Shown: positions 20,710 through 34,922, counted from the first letter of the whole stretch. The stretch is DNA of 63,690 nucleotides, filler included, from Nitrospinota bacterium (GCA_022562795.1; 7 parts of 7 records of this genome joined end to end with filler, not necessarily neighbours in it), one strand, 5' to 3'. Translations and numbers: made by a program. The notes: generated by a model from the letters alone, not told the origin.

Positions 20710-22095
20710 TCACCGCTTTGCCCGACGTAGCGCCCGGCGCACCTGACGGGCCACCTCCGACGGGGCCGCAGAGCCCTCCGAGCGCTTGGCTGCAAGGCTC
20801 GCCTCGGCCGTCAGCTCCTCGGGCCGAACACCGGCCAGGGCCGGGTGGTGGCGGGCCAGCTCCTCCGAGGAAAGGTCGGCCATGCCGAGGCCAGCCTCAA
20901 GGCAGGAGCGTACCAGGCGCCCGACAATAACATGAGCCTCCCTCATGGGAACCCCCGACTCCACAAGGCGGTCTACGAGCTCCACAGCAGCCGGGAAGTC
21001 GGCCCCGGCCGCCTCGGCCATGCGTGCTTCGTCGACCTCGAGCCCCTCGATGCAGAGGACCGTCACGGCGAGGCAGGCATTCAATGTATCGGCGGCGTCG
21101 AAGGCCGGCTCTTTGTCCTCCTGGAGGTCACGGTTGTAGCTCAAAGGCAAGGCCTTGAGCACCGTGAGCATGGCCACCAGACCGCCGAAAATCCGGCCCG
21201 TCTTTGCCCTGATGAGCTCCGGCGCGTCGGGGTTCTTCTTGTGCGGCATCAGGCTAGAGCCGGTGCAGAGGGCGTCGGGCAGCCGCGCGAAGCCGAACTC
21301 CGCCGAGCACCAGAGGATCAGCTCCTCGGCGATGCGGGAGAGATGCGTCATGGCGAGCGCTGCGCACGAAAGGAACTCGACGACGAAGTCCCGGTCGGCC
21401 ACCGCATCGATGCTGTTTGAGGCAACGGAGCGAAAGCCGAGCTCGCGGGCGACGAACTTCCTGTCGATGGGCAAGCTCGTTCCCGCCAAGGCCGCCGCTC
21501 CCAGCGGCAGGACGTTGATGCGGCCTCGGCAATCGCCGAAGCGGGCCCGGTCGCGCTCCATGGCCTCCCAGTGGGCCATGAGGTGGTGGGCCAAGGAGAC
21601 CGGCTGGGCCCGCTGGAGGTGGGTGTAGCCGGGCATAACGGTCCCCATGTGCGCCTTGGCTTTCTTAGCCAGGGCGAGCTGAAGGGCCTCAATTCCTTGG
21701 ACGACCTCATCGACCGCCTCCCTAAGATAGAGCCGAAGCGCAGTCGCCACCTGGTCGTTTCGTGACCGGGCAGTGTGGAGCTTGCCTCCGACGGGGCCAA
21801 TTGTCTCAATGAGGCCGGCCTCGACAGCCATGTGGATGTCCTCGTCGGAGGGGTCGAAGGCGAAGGACCCCTCGGCGATCTCCCGCCCGATGGTCTTCAG
21901 ACCATTCTCAATCTGGCGGGCCTCACCGGCTTTGAGCAGCCCCACCTTCTTTAACATCCGGGCGTGGGCGATCGAGCCGGCGATGTCGTGGCGGGCGAGC
22001 TTGCGGTCGAAGCCGATGCTCGATGTGAATTCCTCGATAAGCGGATCTGTCGGCTCTGCAAACCGCCCTGCCCATGCCTTTTGCTTCTTCGCCAT
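20710..22095 (-). CDS. argH: Argininosuccinate lyase
   Basis: WAGRF, EDIH, KLHTARSRNDQV, MPGYTHLQRAQP, TGSSLMPHKKNPD and YNRDLQEDKE. Confidence 0.97.
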   Translation of the reverse strand: MAKKQKAWAGRFAEPTDPLIEEFTSSIGFDRKLARHDIAGSIAHARMLKKVGLLKAGEARQIENGLKTIGREIAEGSFAFDPSDEDIHMAVEAGLIETIGPVGGKLHTARSRNDQVATALRLYLREAVDEVVQGIEALQLALAKKAKAHMGTVMPGYTHLQRAQPVSLAHHLMAHWEAMERDRARFGDCRGRINVLPLGAAALAGTSLPIDRKFVARELGFRSVASNSIDAVADRDFVVEFLSCAALAMTHLSRIAEELILWCSAEFGFARLPDALCTGSSLMPHKKNPDAPELIRAKTGRIFGGLVAMLTVLKALPLSYNRDLQEDKEPAFDAADTLNACLAVTVLCIEGLEVDEARMAEAAGADFPAAVELVDRLVESGVPMREAHVIVGRLVRSCLEAGLGMADLSSEELARHHPALAGVRPEELTAEASLAAKRSEGSAAPSEVARQVRRALRRAKR

Positions 22096-22233
22096 GAAAT
22101 AATCCTTACCTGCCTTCTACAACCCGTTGAGAAAAAACCTTCATCACGTTGGTGCCAATATACAGGATGTGGTATGGTTAGTACACACACGCCTAAGGTC
22201 GCACCTTTGAATGCCGCGGAAATATATCAAAGA

Positions 22234-22470
22234 ATGGACGAGCCTGCCAAAGAGAAAGAGGGAATCAAATCCTTGAGGGGGAAGACGAACGACCCTAAAA
22301 GGGAACGGCTCCTTGATCTCATCAAGGCCCGTGAGGTGCTGGCCGCCGAGGGAGGGTGCGAGCCAATGATACCGGGCCTGACCCGCCAGAAGCACATCTC
22401 CGAGATGCGCCATCGGGGCGCCTCCGAAGAATACATCACCTCTATCTACGAGTCGGTGGAGAAAGAATAG
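22234..22470 (+). CDS. Small hypothetical protein (78 aa)
   Basis: ATG-initiated charged ORF (MDEPAKEKEG...) in the gap between argH and the next gene; no recognisable motif. Confidence 0.4.
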   Translation: MDEPAKEKEGIKSLRGKTNDPKRERLLDLIKAREVLAAEGGCEPMIPGLTRQKHISEMRHRGASEEYITSIYESVEKE

Positions 22471-22494
22471 ACCCTCATCAACCTACCGCAAAAC

Positions 22495-22935
22495 CTACAA
22501 CCACCGCCTGACGCGATTTTTGTAGTCCAGGTACGCCTGGCCGAACTGTCGCTCCAGGTTTCTCTCCTCGCGGGGGATGTGCGAAGCATTCATCGTGAGT
22601 GCAAACGCAATAGGTGCGAGAAACCACGGGAGGGTCCCCAGGTAGACGGCGATCCCCGAGAGAACGACGGTGAGGCTTACATACATCGGGCTTCGGCTGA
22701 ACCGAAAGGGACCGTCCACTACGAGGGCCGTCGGTGTGTCGAACGTATCGATCGGCGTGCGCGCCCTCTTAAATAAGAGGACAGACCAGACCGCAAGCAC
22801 CATACCTGCCCCGATGAGGACCAGGCCAATCCGGTGATAAGACAAACTAATGATACGGATGTTTGGAAGGAGATATTCCAATCCCCAGGCTGCGCCCAGG
22901 TAGAGTACACCAACTATCGGTGGAATGACCCGCAA
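22495..22935 (-). CDS. Isoprenylcysteine carboxyl methyltransferase/PEMT family membrane protein
   Basis: LVVDGPFRFSRSPMY, EE..L...FG..Y..YK.RVRRWL. Confidence 0.88.
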   Translation of the reverse strand: MRVIPPIVGVLYLGAAWGLEYLLPNIRIISLSYHRIGLVLIGAGMVLAVWSVLLFKRARTPIDTFDTPTALVVDGPFRFSRSPMYVSLTVVLSGIAVYLGTLPWFLAPIAFALTMNASHIPREERNLERQFGQAYLDYKNRVRRWL

Positions 22936-22957
22936 GAAAAACTATCCCCTGCTCGAT

Positions 22958-23902
22958 CTAAACCTCTAGCGCCCCTACGAGGTCGGTGACTTTTTTGACA
23001 CGGTGGCGGCGGCAGTAGGCTTCGATGCCGGCGACGACCTCCTCGCAAGCACGTGGGTTGGCGAAGTTTGCGGTGCCGACCTGGACTGCGCTCGCCCCGA
23101 CGAGGAGAAATTCGACGGCGTCCTCGCCCGTCATAATGCCGCCGATGCCGATGACAGGCGCCTCGACGGCGCGGGCGACCTCCCAGACCATCCGCAACGC
23201 AACAGGCTTGATGGCGGGCCCCGAGAGGCCCCCGGTGACGCTTGAGAGTTCGGGCTTGCGCTTTTCCACGTTGACGGCCATCCCAAGGATGGTGTTGATG
23301 ACCGATAGCGCGTCGGCCCCGGCCTCGACGGCGGCCCTGGCGGTCTCGGTAATGTCGGTCACGTTGGGCGAGAGCTTGACGATGAGGGGTTTATCAGGAG
23401 CGGCGCGCCGGGCGGCGGCCACGAAGCGGTGGGTCTCTCTGGGATCGTGAGCGATCTCGAAGCCTCCCTTATCGATATTGGGGCAAGAGATGTTGGCCTC
23501 CAGGGCGGCCACCCCCTCCATGGCCCCGAGGCGGCGGGCCACGGCGGTGAACTCCCTAAGAGTGTGGCCGTAGAAGTTTGCGACCACTGGAACCCCGACG
23601 CTGGTAAGCAGCGGGAGCTTGTCGCGCTCGAAGGCCCTGACCCCGATGTTCTGCAGCCCGATCGAGTTGAGCATCCCTGCGGCCGTCTCGGCGATCCTCG
23701 ACGGAACGTTGCCAGCGCGGGGCCTAAGCCCCAGGCCCTTGGTGCAGATGGCCCCCAGGGCGGCGAGGTTCATATACGGCATGGCCTCGTCACCGTAGCC
23801 AAAGGTGCCGCTCGCGGCCATGACCGGGTTTTTGAGCTTAATCCCAGCTATCTCGACCGTTAGATCGGGCGCGATGGGGCTCTCAGTAGTGGGCTGATCC
23901 AT
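22958..23902 (-). CDS. pyrD: Dihydroorotate dehydrogenase B, catalytic subunit
   Basis: ASGTFG, GMLNSIGLQN, NISCPN, VKLSPN, INT and GGLSGPAIKPVA. Confidence 0.95.
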   Translation of the reverse strand: MDQPTTESPIAPDLTVEIAGIKLKNPVMAASGTFGYGDEAMPYMNLAALGAICTKGLGLRPRAGNVPSRIAETAAGMLNSIGLQNIGVRAFERDKLPLLTSVGVPVVANFYGHTLREFTAVARRLGAMEGVAALEANISCPNIDKGGFEIAHDPRETHRFVAAARRAAPDKPLIVKLSPNVTDITETARAAVEAGADALSVINTILGMAVNVEKRKPELSSVTGGLSGPAIKPVALRMVWEVARAVEAPVIGIGGIMTGEDAVEFLLVGASAVQVGTANFANPRACEEVVAGIEAYCRRHRVKKVTDLVGALEV

Positions 23903-24742
23903 CCCAGTTGACCTCCAGGGCGTTGAAGACAGAGCCTTCGATACAGGCCCGCTCGTATCGGCCCCCGTTTGCCTCTGGCTGGCCCCGCTTGCCGCCGCGA
24001 ATGTTCACGACACAGCCGAGGCAGATGCCGAACCCGCAGGCCATGCGGGCCTCCAGCGAGGCCTGGCAAGGAACCTTGTGACTCCCTGCGAGGGAGGCCA
24101 CGGCCCGAAGCATCCCCTCGGGGCCGCAGGCGTAGAGCATGAGGCCGTCCTCCTGGCCGCTACGGACGGCGAGCAGGCCCGCAAGGGCGTCGGTCACGCG
24201 CCCCTGCACTCCGAGGGAGCCGTCTTCGGTGGTGACCAGAACCGGGCACCCGACCGCTTCGAACGCCTCCCGATAGACTATCTGTTCGTGGGTGCGCGCA
24301 CCAAAGATGAGCAGGGGCTCGATAGTACTATCGTCCCGGCGGCGCCGATTGGCCTTCTCTATTGCGCGGGCGAGTAGCAGCACGGAGGCTAGGCCCACCC
24401 CGCCGGCCACGATTACCGCCCGCCTGGTAGCCCGAGGCACAGTGAACGAGTTTCCCAGGGGGCCTAGCACCTCCAGCTCGTCGCCGGGGGCGAGGCCCGC
24501 CATTAGGCGGGTTATCTTGCCGATGATGTGGTAGAAGAAGTCGACGATCGGCGGGCCGTCGTCGGCACCGGCGCGGATGTCGAAGATGGCGAAGGCCCGG
24601 GGAAGGAGAGGGTCGAGCCTCCCAGGGGCGCGCAGCATGACGAACTGGCCCGGACGGACGGCTTCCGGCCCGAAGGGGCTCTCCAGCGTCAGCAGGTAGT
24701 AGCCCCCACCGAGCTCTCTGTTGGCGACGACACGGGCGCGGA

Positions 24743-24746
<4 letters not shown>
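23883..24746 (-). CDS. pyrK: Dihydroorotate dehydrogenase electron transfer subunit
   Basis: [23 protein letters not shown] and [16 protein letters not shown]...C.EG.VF. Confidence 0.93.
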
Positions 24747-28007
<3,261 letters not shown>

Positions 28008-28024
<17 letters not shown>

Positions 28025-28955
28025 GATGTCTTACGCTCGTCCGCTCCAACTTGTCTAAAACTTCTTTAATATTTTTGTATGTTTTTGGAGAATACGTTGG
28101 GCTGTCAAATTTACTTGATACTATGTCGTCATATGCCTTTACATAATGCGAAATCGTTCGATCTGTTGTAAAGACATCGACATAAGGCAAGGCTTCTATA
28201 TGATTGAAATCACCGACTACGTCCGAAGGACGTGGTTTTGTCCGAGTATCTCTTATCAATACGTGGAAGATTTCAAAACTTAACCGGCGGCTTGGGCATA
28301 CAGCAGGATTCTTATAAAGGTATTTAGCGAAACTCAACCTAATGTCTTCGCCATCAAGTTCATGATGGCTATTTATCCTTCCGCCTGTTAAACCCTGAAC
28401 AACCTTGTCATATAAAAGTTCTTTTGTTGCAGTGAGAACATTTGGAAACCTTTGAATCGTTTCTCTATCTTTGCGAATCAAATCCTCATACCTGTCAAAT
28501 AGAACTTTATGGTGAGCAACAAGGTCAAAACCATTTAACTTCTGCCCATACATTTGGTCCCAAATCATTTCAGATAATGACTTGGAACGGTAATAGTTTC
28601 GTACTTCTCTAGATACATCTACAAGAGTATCTATGTAACTTCGTACAAACGGGTCTATTGGCTTACAATACTCTCCTTGAGAATATTGTATAAATGCAAC
28701 ATCTAGCTCATCTTTTTTCAAAGATGAGATATTTATCCATACGTGTGGCAAGTTCTCAAGATAATTACATCTGCTCATCACATTCGATTGACCTTCGCTG
28801 TAAAGTGGCCTCGTCATTTCATCTATATGAATAAACGAATAAACTAGCTTTGCATCGTGATCGAGCAGAAAATCGTTGAAGCGATTGATTGTTTCAACTG
28901 AGATCGAATTATCAGCAAGTGAATTTAAATCTTTGCTATCAAGATATATTAACAT
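28008..28955 (-). CDS. AT-rich hypothetical protein (PIN-like acidic motifs) inserted between carA and carB
   Basis: 315-aa ORF, sharply AT-rich relative to its flanks; [18 protein letters not shown] and [10 protein letters not shown]. Confidence 0.7.
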
Positions 28956-28966
28956 AATGCTTTTCC

Positions 28967-28995
28967 GGGTAGTCGGGGTCGCCCCTGACCCCGAC
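28967..28995. repeat. GTAG REP-like hairpin
   Basis: GGGTAGTCGGGGTCGCCCCTGACCCCGAC; exact reverse complement at 47257-47285. Confidence 0.75.
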
Positions 28996-28999
28996 GCCT

Positions 29000-30136
29000 T
29001 TATCCCCTCCTCTCCTCCATCGCCTCGATGAAGCGGTCGAAGAGGTAGCTGGCGTCGTGGGGGCCGGGGGAGGCCTCGGGGTGGTACTGGACGGAGAAGA
29101 CCGGTCTCGTCCGGTGCCGGAGACCTTCGCAGGTCCCGTCGTTCAGGTTCACGTGGGTGAGCTCCAGCTCTTCCGGCAGTGTCTCTATGTCAACGGCGAA
29201 GCCGTGGTTCTGGCTCGTAATCTCGACCTTCTCGGTGGTGAGGTCCTTGACCGGCTGGTTGGCCCCCCTGTGGCCGAACTTGAGCTTGAAGGTCTTCGCG
29301 CCGAGCGCGAGCGCCATAATCTGGTGGCCGAGGCATATTCCAAATAGGGGTTTGTCCAGCTTATCCAGCAAGGCCGCCACCGTCTCGGCGGCATACGGCA
29401 CGCCGGTCGGGTCGCCGGGGCCGTTGGAGAGGAAGATGCCGTCGAAGGTCTCGGCCCTCTCCAGGAGCCACTCGGCCGAGGCGGTGGCCGGCGCCACCTG
29501 GACGTCGCAGCCGCGAGCCACGAGGTTTCTCAGGATGTTTTGCTTGATGCCGTAGTCGAAGGCCACCACCCGGTGGCGGGCTTCACCTGGGCCGGCGTAG
29601 CCGTCCTTCAAACTCCAGAGAGCCTGCTCCCAGCCGTAGGGCTCCTGGCAGGTGACTTCCCGGACGAGGTCCCTTCCGATCAGGGAGGGCACGGCCCTGG
29701 CCTTCTCCATCAGTGAGCCCCGGTCGAGGTCCACCGACGACAGCACCCCGTCCATGGCCCCGACCGTCCGGATGTGCTTGGTCAGAGCCCGGGTGTCGAT
29801 GCCCTCAATTCCAACGATGCCCCAGGCTTTCAAGTAAGCGTCGAAGCTCATCCGGGAGCGCCACGAGGAAGGCGCCCTGGAGGCCTCCCGAACGATGAAG
29901 CCCTCCACCTGGGGTCGGGCCGACTCGAAGTCTTCCTCGTTGCAGCCGACGTTGCCGATCAAAGGGTAGGTCATGGCGACGATCTGGCCCTTGTATGAGG
30001 GGTCGGTCGTAATCTCCTGGTAACCGGTCATGGAGGTGTTGAAGACCACCTCGCCCGTGGCCTCTCCGAGGGCCCCGAGGGCCCGGCCCTCGAAGATCAT
30101 CCCGTCTTTGAGCGCCAGGATGGCCTTCTCGCTCAT
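29000..30136 (-). CDS. carA: Carbamoyl-phosphate synthase small chain
   Basis: True start [40 protein letters not shown] and [12 protein letters not shown]. Confidence 0.97.
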   Translation of the reverse strand: MSEKAILALKDGMIFEGRALGALGEATGEVVFNTSMTGYQEITTDPSYKGQIVAMTYPLIGNVGCNEEDFESARPQVEGFIVREASRAPSSWRSRMSFDAYLKAWGIVGIEGIDTRALTKHIRTVGAMDGVLSSVDLDRGSLMEKARAVPSLIGRDLVREVTCQEPYGWEQALWSLKDGYAGPGEARHRVVAFDYGIKQNILRNLVARGCDVQVAPATASAEWLLERAETFDGIFLSNGPGDPTGVPYAAETVAALLDKLDKPLFGICLGHQIMALALGAKTFKLKFGHRGANQPVKDLTTEKVEITSQNHGFAVDIETLPEELELTHVNLNDGTCEGLRHRTRPVFSVQYHPEASPGPHDASYLFDRFIEAMEERRG

Positions 30137-30155
30137 GTCTCGCTCTTTTCTTGAC

Positions 30156-30566
30156 TCACAGCACCACGCCGCCCTCGGCCGTGTAGACGACCCGACCGTC
30201 AACAATCGTCGCCAAGACCCGGCCTTTGACCTTCCATCCAGCGAAGGGGGTGTTTCGGCCCCTGGAGTAGAACCGCTCAGGCTCGACCGTCCAGGCTTCT
30301 TCCGGGTTAAAGACCACCACATCGGCCGGCGACCCGACGGACAAGGTCCCGGCGGGAAGGCCCAGGCAGCGGGCCGGCCCCAAGGTCAGGCGCTCGACGG
30401 CCTCAGGGAGGCCCATGAGGCCTTCCTCGACGAGCCGGAGCACCAACGGCAGGGCCGTCTCGAGGCCCACGACGCCGAAAGCCGCCTGGTCAAACTCGAC
30501 CTCCTTCTCCGCCTCCGCGTGAGGGGCGTGATCAGTGGCCACAGCGTCGATAACCCCCTCGGCCAG
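30156..30566 (-). CDS. pyrC: Dihydroorotase, C-terminal part (5'-truncated)
   Basis: ATDHAPH...[20 protein letters not shown]; lies upstream of carA. Confidence 0.9.
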   Translation of the reverse strand: MAEGVIDAVATDHAPHAEAEKEVEFDQAAFGVVGLETALPLVLRLVEEGLMGLPEAVERLTLGPARCLGLPAGTLSVGSPADVVVFNPEEAWTVEPERFYSRGRNTPFAGWKVKGRVLATIVDGRVVYTAEGGVVL

Positions 30567-30666
30567 NNNNNNNNNNNNNNNNNNNNNNNNNNNNNNNNNN
30601 NNNNNNNNNNTTAATTAATTAANNNNNNNNNNNNNNNNNNNNNNNNNNNNNNNNNNNNNNNNNNNN
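30567..30666. other. Artificial contig linker
   Basis: N-run with TTAATTAATTAA. Confidence 0.98.
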
Positions 30667-30939
30667 TACTTCTCCGTTTTCGACATAATTACCAACCTGC
30701 CAGCAGATACTGCCTCGCGGAGAGAGAATTCTCACACATTCTTTTATAACCTGGGCCTGTTGCTTTAGGTATGTTTCAAGCTTTATCTTACGTTCGTAAG
30801 CTTTCCCGATATTATAGGGAGGTGACGTAACTACAAGTGCAGCTGCGCCATTGGGGATTTGTTGCAGCAGATCGAGGCAAGACCCGTGATAAAGGACAAC
30901 TTTAGCTTCACTTGAGTACGAACGTTCAATCAGCTGCAT
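30667..30939 (-). CDS. Site-specific DNA methyltransferase (N4/N6, beta-class order), 3'-truncated
   Basis: LYHGSCLDLL, LVVTSPPYNIG (motif IV) and ECVRILSPRGSICWQ; AT-rich. Confidence 0.8.
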
Positions 30940-31278
30940 GGCACATCTGGGGATATCCAATATGTTGGACGTTTGATAAATAAAAACACAAGATGTTGTG
31001 GATGTCAAGTAGAATTTGCATCACTCAATCAAATCCTGGGGAAGGGAAGAGAGAACCCTCCCTTGAGAGTTTCATCATTTTCCTTCCTAGGACGATTAAG
31101 AGGTTTAATAACTTACAAGTTTACCAAAGAAAATCTTTTCTAGGCCAACATTTAGCGGAAAGCTAAGTCCTTCCCGCACTCCGAACCCCGCCCCTAGCAG
31201 TCGGAGCCCCACCCCCCGGAATATTCCTGCCTCTTTGGTGTTTTGTGGTAAGAAGAGCCGCAAGAAGGAGTGAGGGGC

Positions 31279-32355
31279 ATGACCGCCAAGAAGCGCTCGT
31301 TGATTATTTTATTGCTGTGCGCCGCCCTGGGGCTCGCTCTCGCCGTGGCCTCGGCCGCCTGGGGGCAGAACCTCCGGGGATTTGCAATGCACAACGGCTT
31401 CGACCTCACCTATAGCTTGGTCCCCCGCGAAGAGATTCTTTCGGGCGGCCCGCCGAAGGACGGCATTCCGGCCCTCACCAGCCCCCGCTTCCTCAAGGCC
31501 GGCCAGGCCGGCTACCTCTTTGACGACGATCTGGTCGTCGGGGTGGTCTTCAACGAGGAAGCCCGGGCCTATCCGCTTCGCATTCTGGTCTGGCACGAAA
31601 ACGTCAACGATGTGGTGGGCGGCTTACCCATCGCAGTCACCTACTGCCCGCTTTGTAACTCGGCCTTCGTCTTCGACCGTAGGGTCGGCGGAGCCGTCCG
31701 GGAGTTCGGGGTAAGCGGGCTCCTTTGGAACTCCAACGTGTTGCTCTACGACCGCCAGCCAGACGACCGCGCCGAAAGCCTGTGGAGCCAGGTTAAGATG
31801 GCCGCGGTGGCGGGGCCCGCCGCTCAAGCGGGCTTGCGGATGAGGTTATTGCCGTCGGAGCTAACCACATGGCGAGAGTGGGTGGAGCGTCATCCAGCCT
31901 CCAATGTGCTTTCAGACCAGACAGGCTATCGTCGAAACTACGGAGTCTCGCCGTACGGCTCCTACTTCGCCACCGACCGGCTAATGTTCCCCGTCAGGGC
32001 GGGCCAGCCGCGCCCCGAGCGGTTTCGCAACAAGGAGCCCATGGTCCTCGTCCAGGCAGGAGAGGCGCTTAAGGCCTACGCCGTCCGTGACGTGGCGGCG
32101 GCAGCCGGGGATAACGGGTGGGTCGAAGATACCGTGGGCCGGAAGCGGCTTCGCCTAACCTATCTGGAAGCAGGCGACACCGTACGGGTCGAGACTCTCT
32201 CCGGCGAAGGTGAGCAGACGCCCGTGGCCTACGCCTTCTGGTTCGCCCTGAGCTCGATGCTGCCGGAGGTCGAGGTCTACGAGCCCCCCGCGGCGTCCGG
32301 GGCCGTGGCAAACAAGGGTCCCTCATCGCCATCGACCAGTCTGGCCCAAGAATGA
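31279..32355 (+). CDS. DUF3179-family secreted protein
   Basis: Signal peptide; GGPPKDGIPAL, ARAYP..IL.WHE.VND, TYCPLCNS, FGVSGLL.NSN..LYDR, ESLWSQ and FWFA. Confidence 0.85.
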   Translation: MTAKKRSLIILLLCAALGLALAVASAAWGQNLRGFAMHNGFDLTYSLVPREEILSGGPPKDGIPALTSPRFLKAGQAGYLFDDDLVVGVVFNEEARAYPLRILVWHENVNDVVGGLPIAVTYCPLCNSAFVFDRRVGGAVREFGVSGLLWNSNVLLYDRQPDDRAESLWSQVKMAAVAGPAAQAGLRMRLLPSELTTWREWVERHPASNVLSDQTGYRRNYGVSPYGSYFATDRLMFPVRAGQPRPERFRNKEPMVLVQAGEALKAYAVRDVAAAAGDNGWVEDTVGRKRLRLTYLEAGDTVRVETLSGEGEQTPVAYAFWFALSSMLPEVEVYEPPAASGAVANKGPSSPSTSLAQE

Positions 32356-32552
32356 TAAAGGGCTCCCTGGCGCAGATCCAGAATATCCATACCGAAGAGT
32401 TGTACAACGGCCATGGCGAGTCGGCTCAAGCCGTGTTAAACTTCGTAAGTCGATACATCGGCAGGGAAGACAGAGATTACCTGGCCATGAAACCCTATAG
32501 CATCCACTATACCGACTACGACTGGTCCTTGAACGAGCAGCGGGAAGGATGA
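32352..32552 (+). pseudogene. Probable C-terminal remnant of a DUF547 protein
   Basis: 66 aa ending FVSRY...IHYTDYDWSLNEQ, the typical DUF547 C-terminal signature. Confidence 0.55.
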
Positions 32553-32556
32553 GGCA

Positions 32557-33327
32557 ATGACAGGGGAGGAGCCCACTACGGCTCGGCCCTCGGCCCCGAG
32601 CCATCACGTCCATGCCTCCGGCTGGTGGCGGCCGGTTGGGCTTGTAGGGCTCATCGTCGCCATCCTGCTGCTTTCGAAGTTCTTCGGGCTCGGCGAGCGG
32701 CTGGGCGCCGTGCGCGACTGGATTGGCACGCTGGGGGCCTGGGGCCCCGCGGTTTTTGTTTTGATCTACGTTGCGGCGACCGTGGCGGCCGTGCCGGGCT
32801 CGGTCCTGACGGTGGGCGCGGGAGCCCTATTCGGCTCCATCCTGGGGGTCGTCCTGGTCAGTGTGGCCTCCACCCTGGGGGCCAGCCTCGCCTTTTTGGT
32901 CGCCCGATACTTCGCCAGAGACGCCGCCGCTAGGTGGTTCTCTAGCAACGAAAAGTTCCGTCGGCTCGATAGGCTCACCGAAGAGCACGGGGCGATAATC
33001 GTGGCGTTGACGCGGCTCACCCCCATCTTTCCCTTCAATCTGCTCAATTACGGTTTCGGACTCACCCGGGTGCCGTTCTCGACCTACGTCTTCTGGTCCT
33101 GGCTCTGCATGCTGCCGGGCACCGTGCTCTACGTCGTCGGGGCCGACGCCCTGGCCCGGGGTCTCTCCCAAGGCCGCCTCCCCTGGGGACTGGTCGGGGC
33201 GCTCGCGGGGGCTGGAGTGGTCCTGGCCCTCCTGATCCGCTACGCCCGCCGAACCCTTCAGGCGAAGGAAACAGATACGGTGGCCGAGGCCGCTTCCGCC
33301 AAGGTGGAGCCCTCCCACCATGCATGA
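32557..33327 (+). CDS. TVP38/TMEM64 (VTT/DedA-like) membrane protein
   Basis: VPGSVLTVGAGALFG, AFLVARY, RLTPIFPFNLLNYGFGLT and MLPGT. Confidence 0.9.
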   Translation: MTGEEPTTARPSAPSHHVHASGWWRPVGLVGLIVAILLLSKFFGLGERLGAVRDWIGTLGAWGPAVFVLIYVAATVAAVPGSVLTVGAGALFGSILGVVLVSVASTLGASLAFLVARYFARDAAARWFSSNEKFRRLDRLTEEHGAIIVALTRLTPIFPFNLLNYGFGLTRVPFSTYVFWSWLCMLPGTVLYVVGADALARGLSQGRLPWGLVGALAGAGVVLALLIRYARRTLQAKETDTVAEAASAKVEPSHHA

Positions 33328-34843
33328 TGTCCCGGACGTCCCTCCCCACGATGAGCACAACGCCGCTCTGGTGGCCAACGTCCACCCCCCCGACTGGAAG
33401 AACCCTGAGCCTGCGCCGCGCTACAACTTAGTCGTCATTGGAGCGGGGACAGCAGGCCTGGTGACCGCCGCGGGGGCGTCTCTCCTGGGAGCCAAGGTCG
33501 CCCTCGTGGAGCGGCACCTCTTGGGGGGAGACTGCCTGAACACGGGATGCGTGCCCTCGAAAAGCATCATCCGCTCCGCGCGCTCCTTTGCCGACGTCCA
33601 CGACGCCCACCGCTTCGGCGTTCGCGTCCCCGAGGGCACGGATGTCGATTTTGGCGCCGTCATGGAGCGGATGCGCCGCATCCGAAGTCGGATCAGCGCT
33701 CACGACTCAGCCCGGCGGTTTAAAGAAGAGTTTGGTGTGGACATCTTTCTGGGCGGTGCCCGGTTCGCGGGGCCTGAGACGGTCGAGGTCGAAGGCACTC
33801 CGCTGCGTTTCAAAAGAGCCGTCATCGCCACGGGGGCTCGGCCCGTTGAGCCGCCCATTGATGGCCTCCACGAAGCCGGCTACCTCACCAACGAGACCGT
33901 CTTCTCTCTAACGGAGCGGCCGGGCCGCCTGCTGGTGGTCGGTGGAGGCCCCTTGGGATGCGAGCTGGCACAGGCCTTCCGCCGATTGGGCTCCGAGGTG
34001 ATCCTCGTGGAGATGGCCCCGCAGGTGCTCATCCGCGAGGACCCCGACGCGGCCCAGGTTCTGACCGAGGCATTGGCACGGGATGGGGTCTCGATCAAGT
34101 TAAATACGGTTGTTGGGAAGGTGGTCCTATCAGGCTCCGAGAAGCTCATCCACCTGGAGGGCGTCGGGGGCGAGGAGGTAGTCACGGTTGATGAGATTCT
34201 CCTCAGTGCCGGGCGCGCGCCCAACGTCGAGGGCCTCAACCTCGAGGCCGTCGGGGTCCGCTACGATACGAAAGGCGGTGTGGTGGTCAACGACCACCTC
34301 CAGACTACCAACGGTCGCATCTACGCCGCAGGCGACGTCTGCATGGCCTACAGGTTCACCCACGCCGCCGACGCGGCCGCGCGCATCGTCATCCAAAACT
34401 CACTGTTTCTCGGGCGAAAGAGACTGAGCGGACTGACCATTCCCTGGTGCACCTACACTGACCCGGAGATTGCCCGCGTGGGGTTGAACGAAGAGGAGGC
34501 CCGCCAGCGGGGTGTCCCGGTCGAGACGTTCGTCAGGCCCCTTGCAGATGTGGACCGGGCCATCACCGACGGCGATGAAGAGGGGTTCGTCAAAATTCAC
34601 GTCAAGCGAGGCTCCGACACAATTCTCGGCGCCACAATCGTCGCCCGTCACGCGGGCGAGATGATCAGCCAGGTCACCCTGGCGATGGTTGGCAAGGTGG
34701 GTCTGAAGACCCTCTCCAACGTCATCCATCCCTACCCGACCCAGGCCGAGGCCATCAGGCAGGCGGCAGACGCCTACCAGAGAGGCCGCCTCACCCCCCG
34801 CCTCAAGAGGTTTTTGAGCCGATGGCTTACCTGGAGGCGATAG
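33320..34843 (+). CDS. Class I pyridine nucleotide-disulfide oxidoreductase (MerA/LpdA-like, no C-terminal Cys pair)
   Basis: GAGTAG, GGDCLNTGCVPSK, GGGPLGCE, YAAGD, TYTDPE and HPYPTQAE. Confidence 0.9.
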   Translation: MHDVPDVPPHDEHNAALVANVHPPDWKNPEPAPRYNLVVIGAGTAGLVTAAGASLLGAKVALVERHLLGGDCLNTGCVPSKSIIRSARSFADVHDAHRFGVRVPEGTDVDFGAVMERMRRIRSRISAHDSARRFKEEFGVDIFLGGARFAGPETVEVEGTPLRFKRAVIATGARPVEPPIDGLHEAGYLTNETVFSLTERPGRLLVVGGGPLGCELAQAFRRLGSEVILVEMAPQVLIREDPDAAQVLTEALARDGVSIKLNTVVGKVVLSGSEKLIHLEGVGGEEVVTVDEILLSAGRAPNVEGLNLEAVGVRYDTKGGVVVNDHLQTTNGRIYAAGDVCMAYRFTHAADAAARIVIQNSLFLGRKRLSGLTIPWCTYTDPEIARVGLNEEEARQRGVPVETFVRPLADVDRAITDGDEEGFVKIHVKRGSDTILGATIVARHAGEMISQVTLAMVGKVGLKTLSNVIHPYPTQAEAIRQAADAYQRGRLTPRLKRFLSRWLTWRR

Positions 34844-34922
34844 CCAGCCGCGGCTTCGCCGCCTACGTCTTAGGGAGGTGGTAGAATAGTATCACTGGGA
34901 GCGCTGAGGTACCGAACAGCGG

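Noticed and set aside
31279-32355. Selenocysteine recoding in DUF3179
   Set aside because: The motif is encoded as plain CPLC with no in-frame TGA.
33320-34843. Mercury resistance (merA)
   Set aside because: No C-terminal Cys pair, no NmerA domain and no mer genes nearby.
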